Both the position numbers and the translations under genes were made by a program. DNA of 64,000 nucleotides from Lingula anatina. Lineage: Eukaryota > Animalia > Brachiopoda. Shown in pieces: positions 27,201 through 39,340 of the stretch. The notes beneath the pieces were generated by a model. The model had not been told where the DNA came from. It saw nothing but the letters and a program-made list of their open reading frames with translations, and searched no databases. The stretch lies in NCBI GenBank assembly GCA_051362555.1, contig CM120640.1, forward strand, positions 34,367,967-34,431,966, read 5' to 3'. Numbering within the stretch: the stretch's first letter is position 1; each line of letters begins with the position of its first letter.

Positions 27201-30200
27201 GTTTGTGTTAGAACTGTACATCAGCTTCTGGAAATGGATTTATGTCTCCTCATTAACCCAAGCCAAAGGATAAGTAAAGGACAAACTCAAATATAGTGTT
27301 CGAAATTTGGCTGGTAGCGGCCGCTTTTATTGAAAGGTCCCTCTAGCAAGGAATGGTGTTATATAGCATTAGATAATGTTAATTAGTTAAAATTACGTAA
27401 TGTTATATCATAAAAATAAATATCAAAACAAATAGTGCAAATATTTTCATTTGTGGGGTTGCAAAGAGGCCAACAATTGCAACCAGAAAAAGAGTGAAAA
27501 ATACAAACCAAAATAACATAAGTCAAAATAATGCAAGCCAAAATACATTTATGTTAATATGTGTGTCAGCTTCTTGGAAATGGATTTTTAAATTTTTCTT
27601 TTTTTTCTTTTTATGTCACATTCACAAGTTTTGCAAACAAATGTGCTGGTATTTAAAGATAAACAGGAACTTTCTTGGCAATTTCATCTTGAAAAGAAAT
27701 GGGTCTAGAACATTGTTATCATACATGTTTCTCAAAAATTGTCTTGATTGCTGATTAAGCAGGTAGTTTTGGTGTTAGAATAAATTTAGACTAAAAAATT
27801 TGTCCTGAATGCCGATGAAGTGGGCAGTTTTGGTGTGAGAATAAAACATAAGTGGGTCTTCAAATGATTAAAAGAATGCATTCGATTTTCATCACTTATA
27901 TATTCACTGGGCCCTGCACCTAATGTAAGTGGTGTTCCTTCCTGGACAATCTTACAGAAGAGTTAGAAGAAAAGGATGCTCCTCAAGGTAATTAAAGGCC
28001 TGTATTTATGTGCTTACAATGTGCATTGTTAACATATTAGTATGTAACAAAGTACCGCCAGAAAGTTAATTTTAGCTGACATTTAAAAACAAAAACATTT
28101 ACTTCAATTTAATTCATTCAGCATCATTAGCTCCAAATCAGTGACAGGAAATGAAAATTGCCTTATAACAAATGCATAATTTAAATGAAATATTGTGAAG
28201 ATCATGTGTTGAATAATTACTGTTGCACAAGGTAACATTTCCCTAAGAAAAAGTTTGCTTGAATATTTAATGTAATTATTTGCAAGTATCCTCAGATATG
28301 GCGATTTGTATGACCAAGGCGGCTGCTCATTCCCTTGGTTCTGTAAATTATCTGCTGTTAAAAGTGCTCTGTGTGAACCGACAATCTCATCGTGCAACCT
28401 AAAATTGTTTCTAAGGTGCCCCATATCAAATGACAGTCAAGTGTTTTCCGGATTAATTATTCCTTTATTTGATCTGGTTCAGATTTTTCATCAAAAACGA
28501 CCATTGGTGTTTTGGCACCAGTGTGGTATCCACTCCAAATACTGATGCTGTCAATGACCCTAGTCACTTTAGAAGTGGCACACACCTTGTTGTAGGCCTC
28601 CTCAGGATGTCTGTAAACTCTGTTTTGACCAGTTAAGGAGTACATGTGAAATTTGAGCTCAATAAAGAATGCCACTCGGTTTCAGAGTCCTACCCAAAAA
28701 CAGTCATGGTCCTCAATTCATAATAGAAACAGACAACACTGTTTTGCTGTTTACAGTGGCTTCTTCAGAGGTTGTCTGGTATCCTAACCTGCTGAAACCA
28801 GTACAGTGTTGGCTAAGAGCCTCGAAAAATGCATTTTGGTGACAATTTGCCCCTCATTCTGAATGAACTGGTTGGCTTTTGTTTAGTTGCAGAGCATATC
28901 CAGAAGGACAGTGAGTCCTGTACCCTGGTGATAAGATGTCGATACATTGGGCGTGGCCTCTCTGTAGGTACATCAGTCTGGGCATAACTCTATAAAACTG
29001 TGTGGACCATTCCGTTTGACAAAATGATCTGGTTGTCAATGTCTGTCTTTTTCGCACCATTCTGGCACAGATGAAAAAATTTGTAAAACACTGTTTAACT
29101 CATTTTATGCACTGCAAAACTGACCACTTGCATGCAAAATTTCAAATTCTGCGATGCTGTAGTTGCCGACATATGGATGCTTTTTTGACAGAACCATGCT
29201 TAGCCAAAGCCAAGCTTTGACCAGCCCAAAGGAGCTCTGCCAACATTAAATCACTGAATATTACAGTGCAACAGACTTGGTAGTCAGTTAATTGGTATCG
29301 ACACAGTTGACTTCACACTTCTCCAGTCAGATATCTTATATGAGATCCGAGTTTTTTGAAAAAAAGAATTCATTTTTACCTAAGTATACCTTTGAAACTG
29401 AAATATTCCACATTAAATGTCAAGTCTGTATGTGTTTGCAGAAAGAGACTTTAAACTTACTTGGAGATTCCAGTTTGTTCAGCAATCCTGATTTCCAAAT
29501 GGATCCAGAAAGGATAAAAGGAAAAGACAAGAGAAACAAGAGAGACTTGCCCAGCAATTTGAAGAAATAAATGTAAGTTTGGTTAGCATTTATATGCTGG
29601 TTGATTTTTATTGTCTTCGCTAAAACTGTTTCCTGTTGTAGTTCCCTTTTTAAATTTACTACTTATGTCTTATTTGTCATTTAGCATCTAATGTTAATGT
29701 TAATGGCATTTGGTTGGTTTTTGTGACAAAAAATTGACTTTGTATGCATCTTTAACTTATTGAAAATCTAAAGCCTGCTGAAGGTTCTGTGTTTTGTAGT
29801 TTTTTATAGGACTAAAACTGTAAGTTTTCAGCAAAACACAATTGAAATAACTTATTTTCTCCCGATGGATGCTTGACCTGACTGTACGTATTTATGCAAA
29901 TTATTGCATGTGTGCAATGTATTTTCTTACCAATATAACAGATAAATAAGTAAAATGAATAGGCAGACAGATGATTACTACAATTTGTTTTTCTTTAGGA
30001 TGAGTTGGAGGGCAGACCAAGCAGTGAGGACAGCAGTTCAGATGACAAACACACCTGGACCAAGGGGTTAAAAAAAACAGCAGAATCAGCTCTCAGAAGG
30101 AGCAAAGGCAAAGAAAAAGAGAGAACGAGAAGAAAGAGAGCTCAAACCAAAATGCTATGAAATCAAGGGAGAAGAATTTCACAATTTCAAAAGAAAAAAG

Positions 30201-30432
30201 AAGACATTGAGCAAGTAAGTTGATTGAAAAATCAGGTGATTATCTGCTCCTGCATCTTATTTTAAATGTGGGGATAATATCATTTCAATAAAAGTAAGAG
30301 ATGTTTGTTTGTATATTCCTAACCCAGTTAACCTTGATAGTGCATTAATATCTTACTTGTCTGGTTTTCTGAAAATTAAAAAAAAAAACTGAAAACTTTC
30401 TCATCTTTTTCTTGAAACAAAAGACATATTCT

Positions 30433-30497
<65 letters not shown>

Positions 30498-31016
30498 CAC
30501 TCTTTCATTACAAACTAAGATTGGAATATTTTACTATAGACTTGATTACTTTTGCTGATTAAGTGCCTATGAAAGAATATAAATAATTGAGATGTTTTTG
30601 TGTACACTTTTATCTCAGAAAATCTTTGGCAGAGCGTGTAGCAGATGAAGATTCAAGTGGTGTTGTTTACCATATGCATGTTGGATCCTCTCTAGGGGCC
30701 AGTGTTCGCCCTCAAGAAGGTAATTGTGGTGTCATCATGGAATAAGCTGTAATGATTGTAAATGTTGAATTTATCATCATGCATAGGTAAAACAATGTTG
30801 AAATACCTTATTACTTACTATATGCTAGTATGTAGCTAGTATGTGAGTGAAAATAAAGAATAATGTCCATCTTATAATTTTAGAATGAAAAAGAAAAGCA
30901 TAAAAGGCATGAGGCAATAAAACACCATGCAGAGAGAAGAAAACTGAGAAGATCCACATAGGGACATTGCCAGCAAACAGAAGCCCAAAGCAAAGTTCTG
31001 GATGGGGAAGAAATAG
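24265..31016 (+). pseudogene. NOL10: Unprocessed nucleolar protein 10 (NOL10/Enp2) pseudogene
   Basis: Exons translate to DIRRRINLIQDFEM, PEIFRLNLELGRFMSPL, CCDINPHHGLF, GKVECWDPR, ILYDIRTDKPLLVKDHQ, LGPAP/KWCSFLDNLTEELEE, FSNPDFQMD, LKPKCYEIK and HHAERRKLRRS, matching NOL10 from memory. Frameshifts at ~26938, ~27922, ~30070 and ~30960; several internal exons are absent. Confidence 0.9.
28050..29200 (-). mobile_element. Degraded Tc1-like element in a NOL10 pseudogene intron
   Basis: Peptides KFHMYSLTGQNRVYRHPEEAY..C..SISIWSG and PPWSYKSPYL are decayed Tc1 DDE motifs. The 5' part is the reverse complement of ~56170-56513. Ends are approximate. Confidence 0.65.
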
Positions 31017-32366
31017 TATCTTGATGGCATGAGCAGTGTTAAGTCAGACACTTGGAACAGAAATATTGGAAGAAATTGTAGAAAGGAATTTGGGATGCAT
31101 ATTTTGAATGAGAGAAATCCTTTAGTTCACTTAGGAGATTCACAACTTGAGCATGCACTAAAGCTGATCCTGAAGTTGGACAAGGGTAAGTCATCTTAAT
31201 CTGTACATTGTTAGGAAGAATACTTCAACCAGACCTATATTTCAAAGGCCCTGGACTGCTTCAATTGTCAAGAGCATCAGGGGCATGAATTGGTCAGCTT
31301 TTGAAGAGCATGAAAGTGATGGACCAGATACTTCCCTAACATCCTCATTCACCATATCATGTGCATACATCTAAAATAGGGGCCATATGGTATTGCTCCA
31401 GAGCTCTTGTTCATTCATGGGGTTTGGAAGTCCTTAAATTTCCTCATGATTGTGTCTTTTGCCACACAGTCTACATAATAATTTCTTTTTATGTTCAATC
31501 TTCTTTGGGGTTTTTGAAGTAGTCTTATTAGGCTAGATGCTACAGGCCTGAATTTTTAAAAAATTTCCTCTGCAATCTACATGTATTGTGATAGACAGAT
31601 ATTTGAAGGTTTATTTTAGGGTGGTGGTCTTATAAAACCAATATGGTGTGACAATGAAAGAGGGCACTAAAGTCAGCAAAAGGTGCAAAAAATGGACAAA
31701 TTAGCTTAGAAGTTCATTTTTATTGACAATTACATAAATTCGAAAGTGATTTGAACCCTGAAAATCTATGAATAAACAGACATTGTCACTTTAAATAAAA
31801 TCCCTAAGCAGGCAAGCTAAGGGACAAATAATCATTTTATAATCATAAGTGAAGCAGCTAGTCTTACTGCCTTTCTTTACTACTGTGCCAGATATGCTTT
31901 TTTTTAGATATATTTATTCTCCCAGAAAGAAAATGTTGTTACAAAATATGTAAATTCTCTCACTCACTCACTCACTCCCCATTCATTCATCTTCTTTCTG
32001 AAACAATTGTATTAATGATACCTATTTTTTGTTAAACTTTTCTTTCTCACCATTTACTAATGGGCCTGAATTTTTCTACTTCAAAATATCACCTTATCAT
32101 TTTTTCCAATTCATTAAAATTTAACTTAGCTTCTTCACTTCTCTTCATATATATATATATAATATTTTACAATAAGTATTATTTGATTTAAAGCCATCTT
32201 GTTAGCACTCAATAATATAATGTCACGACTACTTAGTTCAATTATTGTTCTTGTAGATTCATTTAACCATCTTATTAATCTATCCTATAGAAACTGAACA
32301 AGCACACATTCATAAAAAAGAAGTTCAATACTTTCTAGTTTTGTTTTACAAAATGTACATACTTTA

Positions 32367-34880
32367 AGCCTCGGTCACAACTGGATGCACAAATTTCAAG
32401 ATCGTATGTTCTCTTCAATTTATGGCGCTTTCAAGTTTGGCAACAAGTGGAATTTCTATCATTGTTGTGGTACTATTGACGGTAAGTACATCGAGTATAA
32501 AGTCCTTTACTAGTAAAAAAAATCACATAGTACAAAGTCTTTACTCGGCATTGTTATCTTCTTCTGTGTCCACCAGGGTTTCTGGTGTGGACAGGGGGTG
32601 TGGTTTAGAAGTATTGAGTACCTTCACAAAGTTGTCTGTCCAGGGAGGCATGCTGCTTACATCCGTTGACTGAGGGCGTGGTGTCTGTGTAATGTTAAAC
32701 GCTATTAAATATTATATGTGCCAAAGTTTTTTCACATTATAATGTTTTCTTAAAATATTTGAATGATTAAAAAAAACAACAACATTTGTTAATTGTATTA
32801 AAACTTGCCACCTGACGTAAAAATATTAATAACCTGGGAACTCTCTGTTACTGGTGTGCTGTAGCAGCAGGTTGGAATTACTATATCTTGTTGCTGCTGT
32901 GTCTGCTGCTGTGGTTGATGCCACTTCTGCTGTAGTTGCTGTTGTTGGAGCGGGTATAGCTGCCACTCCTGGTTTTGCGGCCATTGCCAGGCCAGTCTCT
33001 GAGGCAGGACGATCTGTGATGGTGCTGCTACTGTGGGAGGACATTAATTGACTGTACAGTGGGCGTCTGGGAGGGAGGCTGTGAAGGCAATTTATCTGAA
33101 CGTGTGTACGCTTTGAGGACTCTCTGTACCTCATCTTGAAACTCATCCCATCTGGAATCTGGGACTTTGGAGATACGGGCACAGAACCAATGCCCAAACA
33201 CTGCACGCTCATCCACAGGGGCTGACTCCAAGTCTTCTATCTGCAGTCATAAAAATACAAAAAGACATATAATTTCAGGTATATCTTATATTGTTTTAAT
33301 GTTATTTTTTGGATATATAAACTTTTTGGCCCTCCACAAAAAAAAAAAAAAAAATATTAAAAATAATTATACATTCATACATACATACATACATACATAG
33401 CCTACTGTACATACTTTCTTAGCCAACACTTGGGATGATCTGGGTCTGGACAAGAAGTCTAACAGCGCTTCCTCAACCTTACTAGACCTCTTTGTGCCAC
33501 GCCTTGAGGACAGCATAACACTGCATGCTGCATGCTGTATTGGCAGTTTCCCCATCTGGTCCCTCCTTATCCTCGCTGTTGGTTGCCCTAGCAGGCAGCT
33601 GAAAGCAGATATCGGTAACTGGAAGTCATAGGACTATTAATTAATATTCACTAGGTAAACACAAAAAGATAACAAGAAGAGGACAAAAAAAGTATAACAT
33701 ACATGTATAAAAATTGCTATGCTTACCAATCCTGCGTCCTGAGTGTACGATCTGGGCATGATGTGTTGCTTCAAATAATTAAAACTTGATAGCTGCCATT
33801 TTTTCCTTGCAGTAAGAGTGTCTGCTGCATCACCAGACTTCTTCTTGAAAAGCTTTCCTACAGCAGTGCGTTGGTTTTTAAACCATCCCTGAATCTTGTC
33901 ATCTGAAGTCAGCACACATAAGGTATAGTTACGTCAATATCAACCAAATTCTCCCACATATATAAGCAGAGTGAAGATTTTTGATTACAAATGTACCATT
34001 AAAAAATTTGGAATGAAAATGAATACTCGCATTCTGTGTCAAGTTTAGTAGCTATCCCCTCCAGAAGCTTCCTCTTATTTTTTATATTGCTGTACTGATG
34101 TGATCCCTTGTTATAAAAGCAATCATGGGTGGAGAAAAATTCTACCAGTTTCTCTTCCTCCTCAGCTCTGAAGCTGTACATCTTCTGTACATTTCTCTTC
34201 CCTGTGGAAGTGTTGGTGGAGTCAGATTCTAGTAGGCCTCCTATTTCTGTGTCTTCATTTTCTGCTTCTGCTTCTACCTGCCTCTCGACAACGGCCTCCT
34301 TTCTACCCTTTTTTCCTCCGCCTCCATTCTTTGTTGTTTGCCTTTTTTACCCCTTCCTTTTGGAGGCATATTTAATGCAGACTTTTTGTATAATATTAAA
34401 TATAATATATAAAAATTATAAGGTACTTTCGGTGTACAATTCACATCCACTGGTGAAATGAGACGGTGCGATGTGAACACGCCTTTTATACTACTGGCGT
34501 GGGTGTGACTCAAGTGTGAAGTACTATCGCAGTAAATACCAATTTGTTCTTAAGTTGTGAGGGTGTAAGCCGTACTCAACATGAATGGGGCACTTGCTCC
34601 TTCATTGCTTGCAATGTGCATCATGGATCACGGTTTATCTTATGAGGGTACTTTAAAAATCGCACGTCCCACTTGCGAACTCCTTGCTAGGAGAGCAAGT
34701 TATGCTTGCTGTCTCGCTGTTCGCAGGCTATTCATAGAATCTTTTGGACATGCCCAATATCCTCTGTATGTGCTTACGGGCTGTCTTGGTAAGAAGGACT
34801 TGCATGGAACGTGAGATTCTGCACAAAATTTGGACGCAAACAGCCCATAAGAGCCTGTACGACCAGTTGTGACTGAGGCT
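32367..34880. mobile_element. PIF/Harbinger deletion derivative (2.5 kb)
   Basis: TIRs agcctcggtcacaactgg / ccagttgtgactgaggct with TTA target duplication. A transposase remnant KWNFYHCCGTIDGKYI lies on the + strand at ~32450-32510, convergent with a MADF gene. Confidence 0.92.
32520..34369 (-). pseudogene. Harbinger Myb/SANT(MADF)-type accessory protein gene, spliced and frameshifted
   Basis: MPPKGRGKK..., EEEEKLVEFFSTHDCFYNK, GWFKNQRTAVGKLFKKKSG..TARKKWQLSSFNYLKQHI and DERAVFGHWFCARISKVP over ~5 exons. Frameshift in the first exon. Confidence 0.75.
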
Positions 34881-37800
34881 TTACTATCTTTAACCTTAAT
34901 GCAATGCAAGTATTTGTTTGTTGCCAAAATTTGATGCACTATTCTATACTAAAACCATCTCAATTTTGTTTTCTCTGTACTTAAAAAGATGTTTTTGTTA
35001 ACAATTGTCCAACTGAAATTCTCTTCCAAATTTAACTTATTTTCCCATTTCACTTCATATGATGACTTGCATTGCAATTTCAGACCAGCCTTAAGTAGAA
35101 TATTGTAGATTCTCCTTGACCCTTTTTATCTTTAAGCATTACTTCTATTAACTTTGGTCTATGTGGTCTAATAAGCATACTGAGGTATCTTTTGACATTA
35201 TAATTTCTGGCCATTTTTTTCTGGATAGCATATTTTATTCCCCAAAAATGTGTGAATGGACTCATGACATTATACAGTGCAGAGAAATTTTCAAAGGAGT
35301 ACATATTGCCATTTTCCTCAAATAGATCAGCCCTAATTCTGACCCCTTTCATATTCCAACTTTTGTAAAATTTTTCTTTTCCATCTATTTTGATATTAGA
35401 TTTTTTCCAGAGTGATTGTCTTAGTTTGTCACTATTGTCAGTTGTATTCCTTCCAAAAATAATTGGACATATTACCTACACACTCTTCCCAATAATTATC
35501 ACCAAATTTCGTCAAATTTTCAGTTTTAAAATTTTGAGTATCTATTAAAAGGTTTATCCATTTTAATGTTTTTTCTTTATTGTTTAGTATGCGTCTTATC
35601 CAAGTTAATTTCAAAACTTTAATAAATGTTGTTATGTCTGTCATTTGACACCCCCCCCCCCCAATTCTTTGGGTTGGACCATTTGTTTTTAGAGATCCTA
35701 CTCCTTTTATTGTTCCATATGAAAGCAGAAAATAGTAATAGTCTTTTGATCAGGTTTTGGTAAAGGCATAAAAAGGTGGGTCAGTTTTGGCAATAAAAGT
35801 TATTTAATCAATGTAATTCTACCTAGAGGTGTGATGTTGCGACGATTCCAATCTTTAATTTCTTTTTCTTTTTTTGCTATTTTATCAAAAAATTTTTTTT
35901 CTAAAATATTTTCAAGTTTAGGGTTGAATATAATTCTGAGCATGGTAAAGTCATTATTTGTCCATTCCAAACCATATTCTGGACATAAACTTTCTTCTGA
36001 GTCACATTTTGCTCCTATCCAAATAGCTTTTGTCTTTTTGAGATTTGGCTTCAACCCAGAAAACTTTAAAAATTGATTCAAAAGGTCAAGGGCAGTTTTT
36101 AGACTTTCCTTATTTCCATTTAGAAACATTATTGCATCATCAGCATATTGCTGTAAACAGTACTCCTTTTCTTTAACTTTTATACCTTTTATATTTTTGT
36201 TATTTTTAATTAGCACTATTAAAATCCCAACACACAAATAAAAAATGTAAGGTGAAAGTGGGTCACCTTGGGGGTATCCATGACCTATGTTAAAAAATCT
36301 TGAGAAGAAACCATTTACCATTCTGATCATAAATTCTGTCAAGTCTGACCCGAAAAATGTGTAAAACTCAGTTGTAAAGCCATCAGAGCCTGGTGATTTG
36401 TTGTTCTTCATTTTCTTTAGAACTGTAAGAAGTTCTGTCTTGGAGATTTCTCCCTGTAACAGTTCTTTTTCAGTATCATTTAATTTGGGCACATTAAATT
36501 GGTCAAGAAGGGCTCGAAGATCAGTTTTTTCTTTGAATCCTTTTTTTCAGGAATACAGACGTTCATTAAATAATTTAGCTTCATTAAGTATTTCCTTTTG
36601 GTCAAAAATAACAGTACCATCTTGCACTTCTAGATTTTGTATAGTTTTGTTCACGTAATGTCTAGATTCTAGAAAACAGAAGTATTTTGTTGGCTTCTCA
36701 CCTTCTTCCACCCACACATTGCTTTTGCTTGCAAAAGGATACCTTTTAGTTTCTTCTGTCTGATGTTTTTCAATTCTGTCTTTTTTGCTTCCAATAGATC
36801 TGAAATGTCTTGGAATTGAGGATTAGTTTCCAGTTCATTGATTGACTTTTCTAAATCATTTTCGAGTTTACAAGCTTGTTTATTCTTGTAGCTAGGAGGA
36901 ATACGATATAGTCGATATAGTCGTGCCTCTAATTTCCATTAAAAGAGTTTCAAAAAATAATGAGTCATCAATAGTGAAGGTAATAGACTCATTCGGAATG
37001 TCAGCTATATGTTCCAAATTATACACATGGAATTCACATACAAATTTTCACATTACTCCTCGTTCATACAGAGGCACGATTGAGTACATGGTAACTTTTT
37101 CCCTCCTGCAAGGATACGAATTGACTCTCATGCAACAGGATTTACCACATATACAAGCAATTAGTGCCTAAAGTCCATTGGGTGCTGGTTTTATGGTCAC
37201 TAAGAGTGCCTGTAGGATTCCTTCTCCTTGCCATCTATTGTTCAGTGGGGGTAGATGTTGGAATGCAACATGACAGTGCTTCCACATTTACTCTGGTAGT
37301 TTGCCTCAATGTGTCTGATGTAGGTGGTAGTGTTTCACTTTTTTGGTGGTTTTCTAGAGGGTCCTATAGGATATTATAGGATCCTATAAGACTTTTTCAT
37401 GAGGGAGGATCAGTATCTAGTCTATGTGGAGAGTACATCAGATGTGATATGATCTTCTGTTGATCCTGTAACAGTGGCCTGTCAGTTTTGCTCCTTTTTG
37501 GCAGCAGTTGGAGGAATAACAACATAGATCTATCAGTATGATATGTATATTATTGTGAACTATGGATCACTGATACTTTATGGTCAAACAAGAATATTTC
37601 ATTTTATTGCGGACTGATGTTTATGATTTATCATACAGTGCCAGACTGTAGTGACACCTGAATGTCTGCTAGCAATTTTTTATCTCACCAAATTATACTG
37701 TATGGGAGATTTTATAAGTGATAACAGATAATGATGTTTAAGCAACAGACAACAGTTATTTTTATTCATTCATCTGTTTGTTGATTTATTTGAAAACCTC

Positions 37801-38099
37801 AGTTTTCCATCCATCAGAATTAAAATTTAACATTTTGACCAAAATGAAAGTAGCAATAATTATAAATTATTATTTAAAGCACCGGTTCAATGCAAACAAC
37901 CAAGCCGAATGCAAAAAAGTCTTATTTTACATTCTTCAAGGTAATTCCAGGTCTAATCAGACTTGTAAACCTTAATTTTTTTAAGTCATAGTCAGTCTAT
38001 CATTGTACAAGATTTAGTTAAAAATACTTATGGTGTCAAATAACCATATTTTCATGAGGCATTTTGTTCATGAAAAGATGAATAATATATGTGAAAAAA

Positions 38100-39025
38100 A
38101 CTTTCACACTCAAGTAATTGATTTTTAGGCCACTTTGATTTCAGTAATTTCACTTCGAGTTCAAGTAAATGTTTTGTTTGGTCAATTTGATTTATTAATG
38201 TCACTTACAATTCAAGAAATTTCAAGAATTTCAGTAATTGATTTGTTTGGTTTACTTTGATTTCAGTAATGTCACTTTGAATTCATGTAATAGAACTTGG
38301 CTCACTTGGATTTAAGTAATGTCACTTTGAATTCAAGAAATTTCAAGAATTTCAATGATTGATATATTTGGTTTACTTCAATTTCTGTAATGTCACTTTG
38401 AAATCATGTAATAGAACTTCTTGGTCCACTTTAATTTAATCAATGCCACTTTGTTTTCAAGTAATTGATTTATTTGGTTCACTTTTATTTAAGTACTGTC
38501 ACTTTTAATTTTTATATTTGATCTGCTTGGTCCACTTTGTTGTAAGTATTGCCACTTTGAATTCCTGTAATTGATCTTCTTGGTCCACTTTGACTTATAT
38601 AATGTCACTGTGAATTTCAGAAATTGATTTGTTTGTTTCACTTTAAAATCTGATCAGTAATGTCACTATGAATTTCAGAAATTGATTTGTTTGTTTCACT
38701 TTGAAATCAGTAATGTCACTTTGAATTTCAGAAATTGATTTGTTTGTTTCACTTTGATTTAAGTAATAAAACTTTGAATTTAAGTAATTGATTCATTTGG
38801 TCCACCTTAAGTAATGTCATTTTCATTTCAAGTTATTGATCTGTTTGGTGCACATTGAATTAAGTAATGCTTATTTTAACTTGTGTAATTTGATCTATTT
38901 GGTCCCCTGTGGCTGTGATTAGATAAATATCACTTTATTTCAAGTATTTGATTTGTTTTGTTAACTTTGATTTAAATTTGAATTCAAGAAATTGATTTGT
39001 TTAGTAAAGTTTGATATAAGTAACA
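38100..39025 (+). repeat. Second, more degenerate block of the 53-bp satellite
   Basis: Same gtaattgatttgtttggtccactttgattt / gtaatgtcactttgaattc modules, in the same orientation as 15075-21130. Confidence 0.9.
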
Positions 39026-39169
39026 TTGTGTTACATTATTAAAATGATTAGGATAGTGGGGTTTTACCAGTATAATAAAAGCGGCCTTGTTTGGCCAATG
39101 CTTGAACAACCTATATACTTTGTTCGCTTCTTCTAGAAAATGATCTTTAAAATGAGGTCGAATTAGGCG

Positions 39170-39340
39170 AAAATGAAGACATTCTTAAAATGATAAATAA
39201 GGAAAAGGTGAAACCGTAAAATATAAGAAAATAAAAATAAAGGGTATAATGATAAGATCAAAGGAAATATGGATCGAATATGGAGAAAAACCATCAAAAT
39301 ACTTTTCGGCACTGGAAAATAGCAATTTTACAAATAAGTC
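39170..39340 (+). mobile_element. Short L1/Tx1 ORF2 fragment
   Basis: IRSKEIWIEYGEKPSKYFSALENSNFTNK motif. Confidence 0.65.

Larger units (their letters stand above)
31980..37030 (-). mobile_element. L1/Tx1-clade LINE ORF2 relic, interrupted by a Harbinger element
   Basis: KMKNNKSPGSDGFTTEFY, GYPQGDPLSPYIF, QYADD and GLKPNLKKTK motifs. The C-terminal IKVKDSK|VCTFCKTKLESIELLFYEC is rejoined across the insertion. Confidence 0.9.

Noticed and set aside
30435-30495. 61-nt poly-A tract
   Set aside because: No recognisable retroposon body or TSD, and homopolymer length is unreliable.
31020-31480. Coding-like composition 3' of NOL10, possibly a convergent gene relic
   Set aside because: Only short open stretches with stops in every frame; no recognisable protein.
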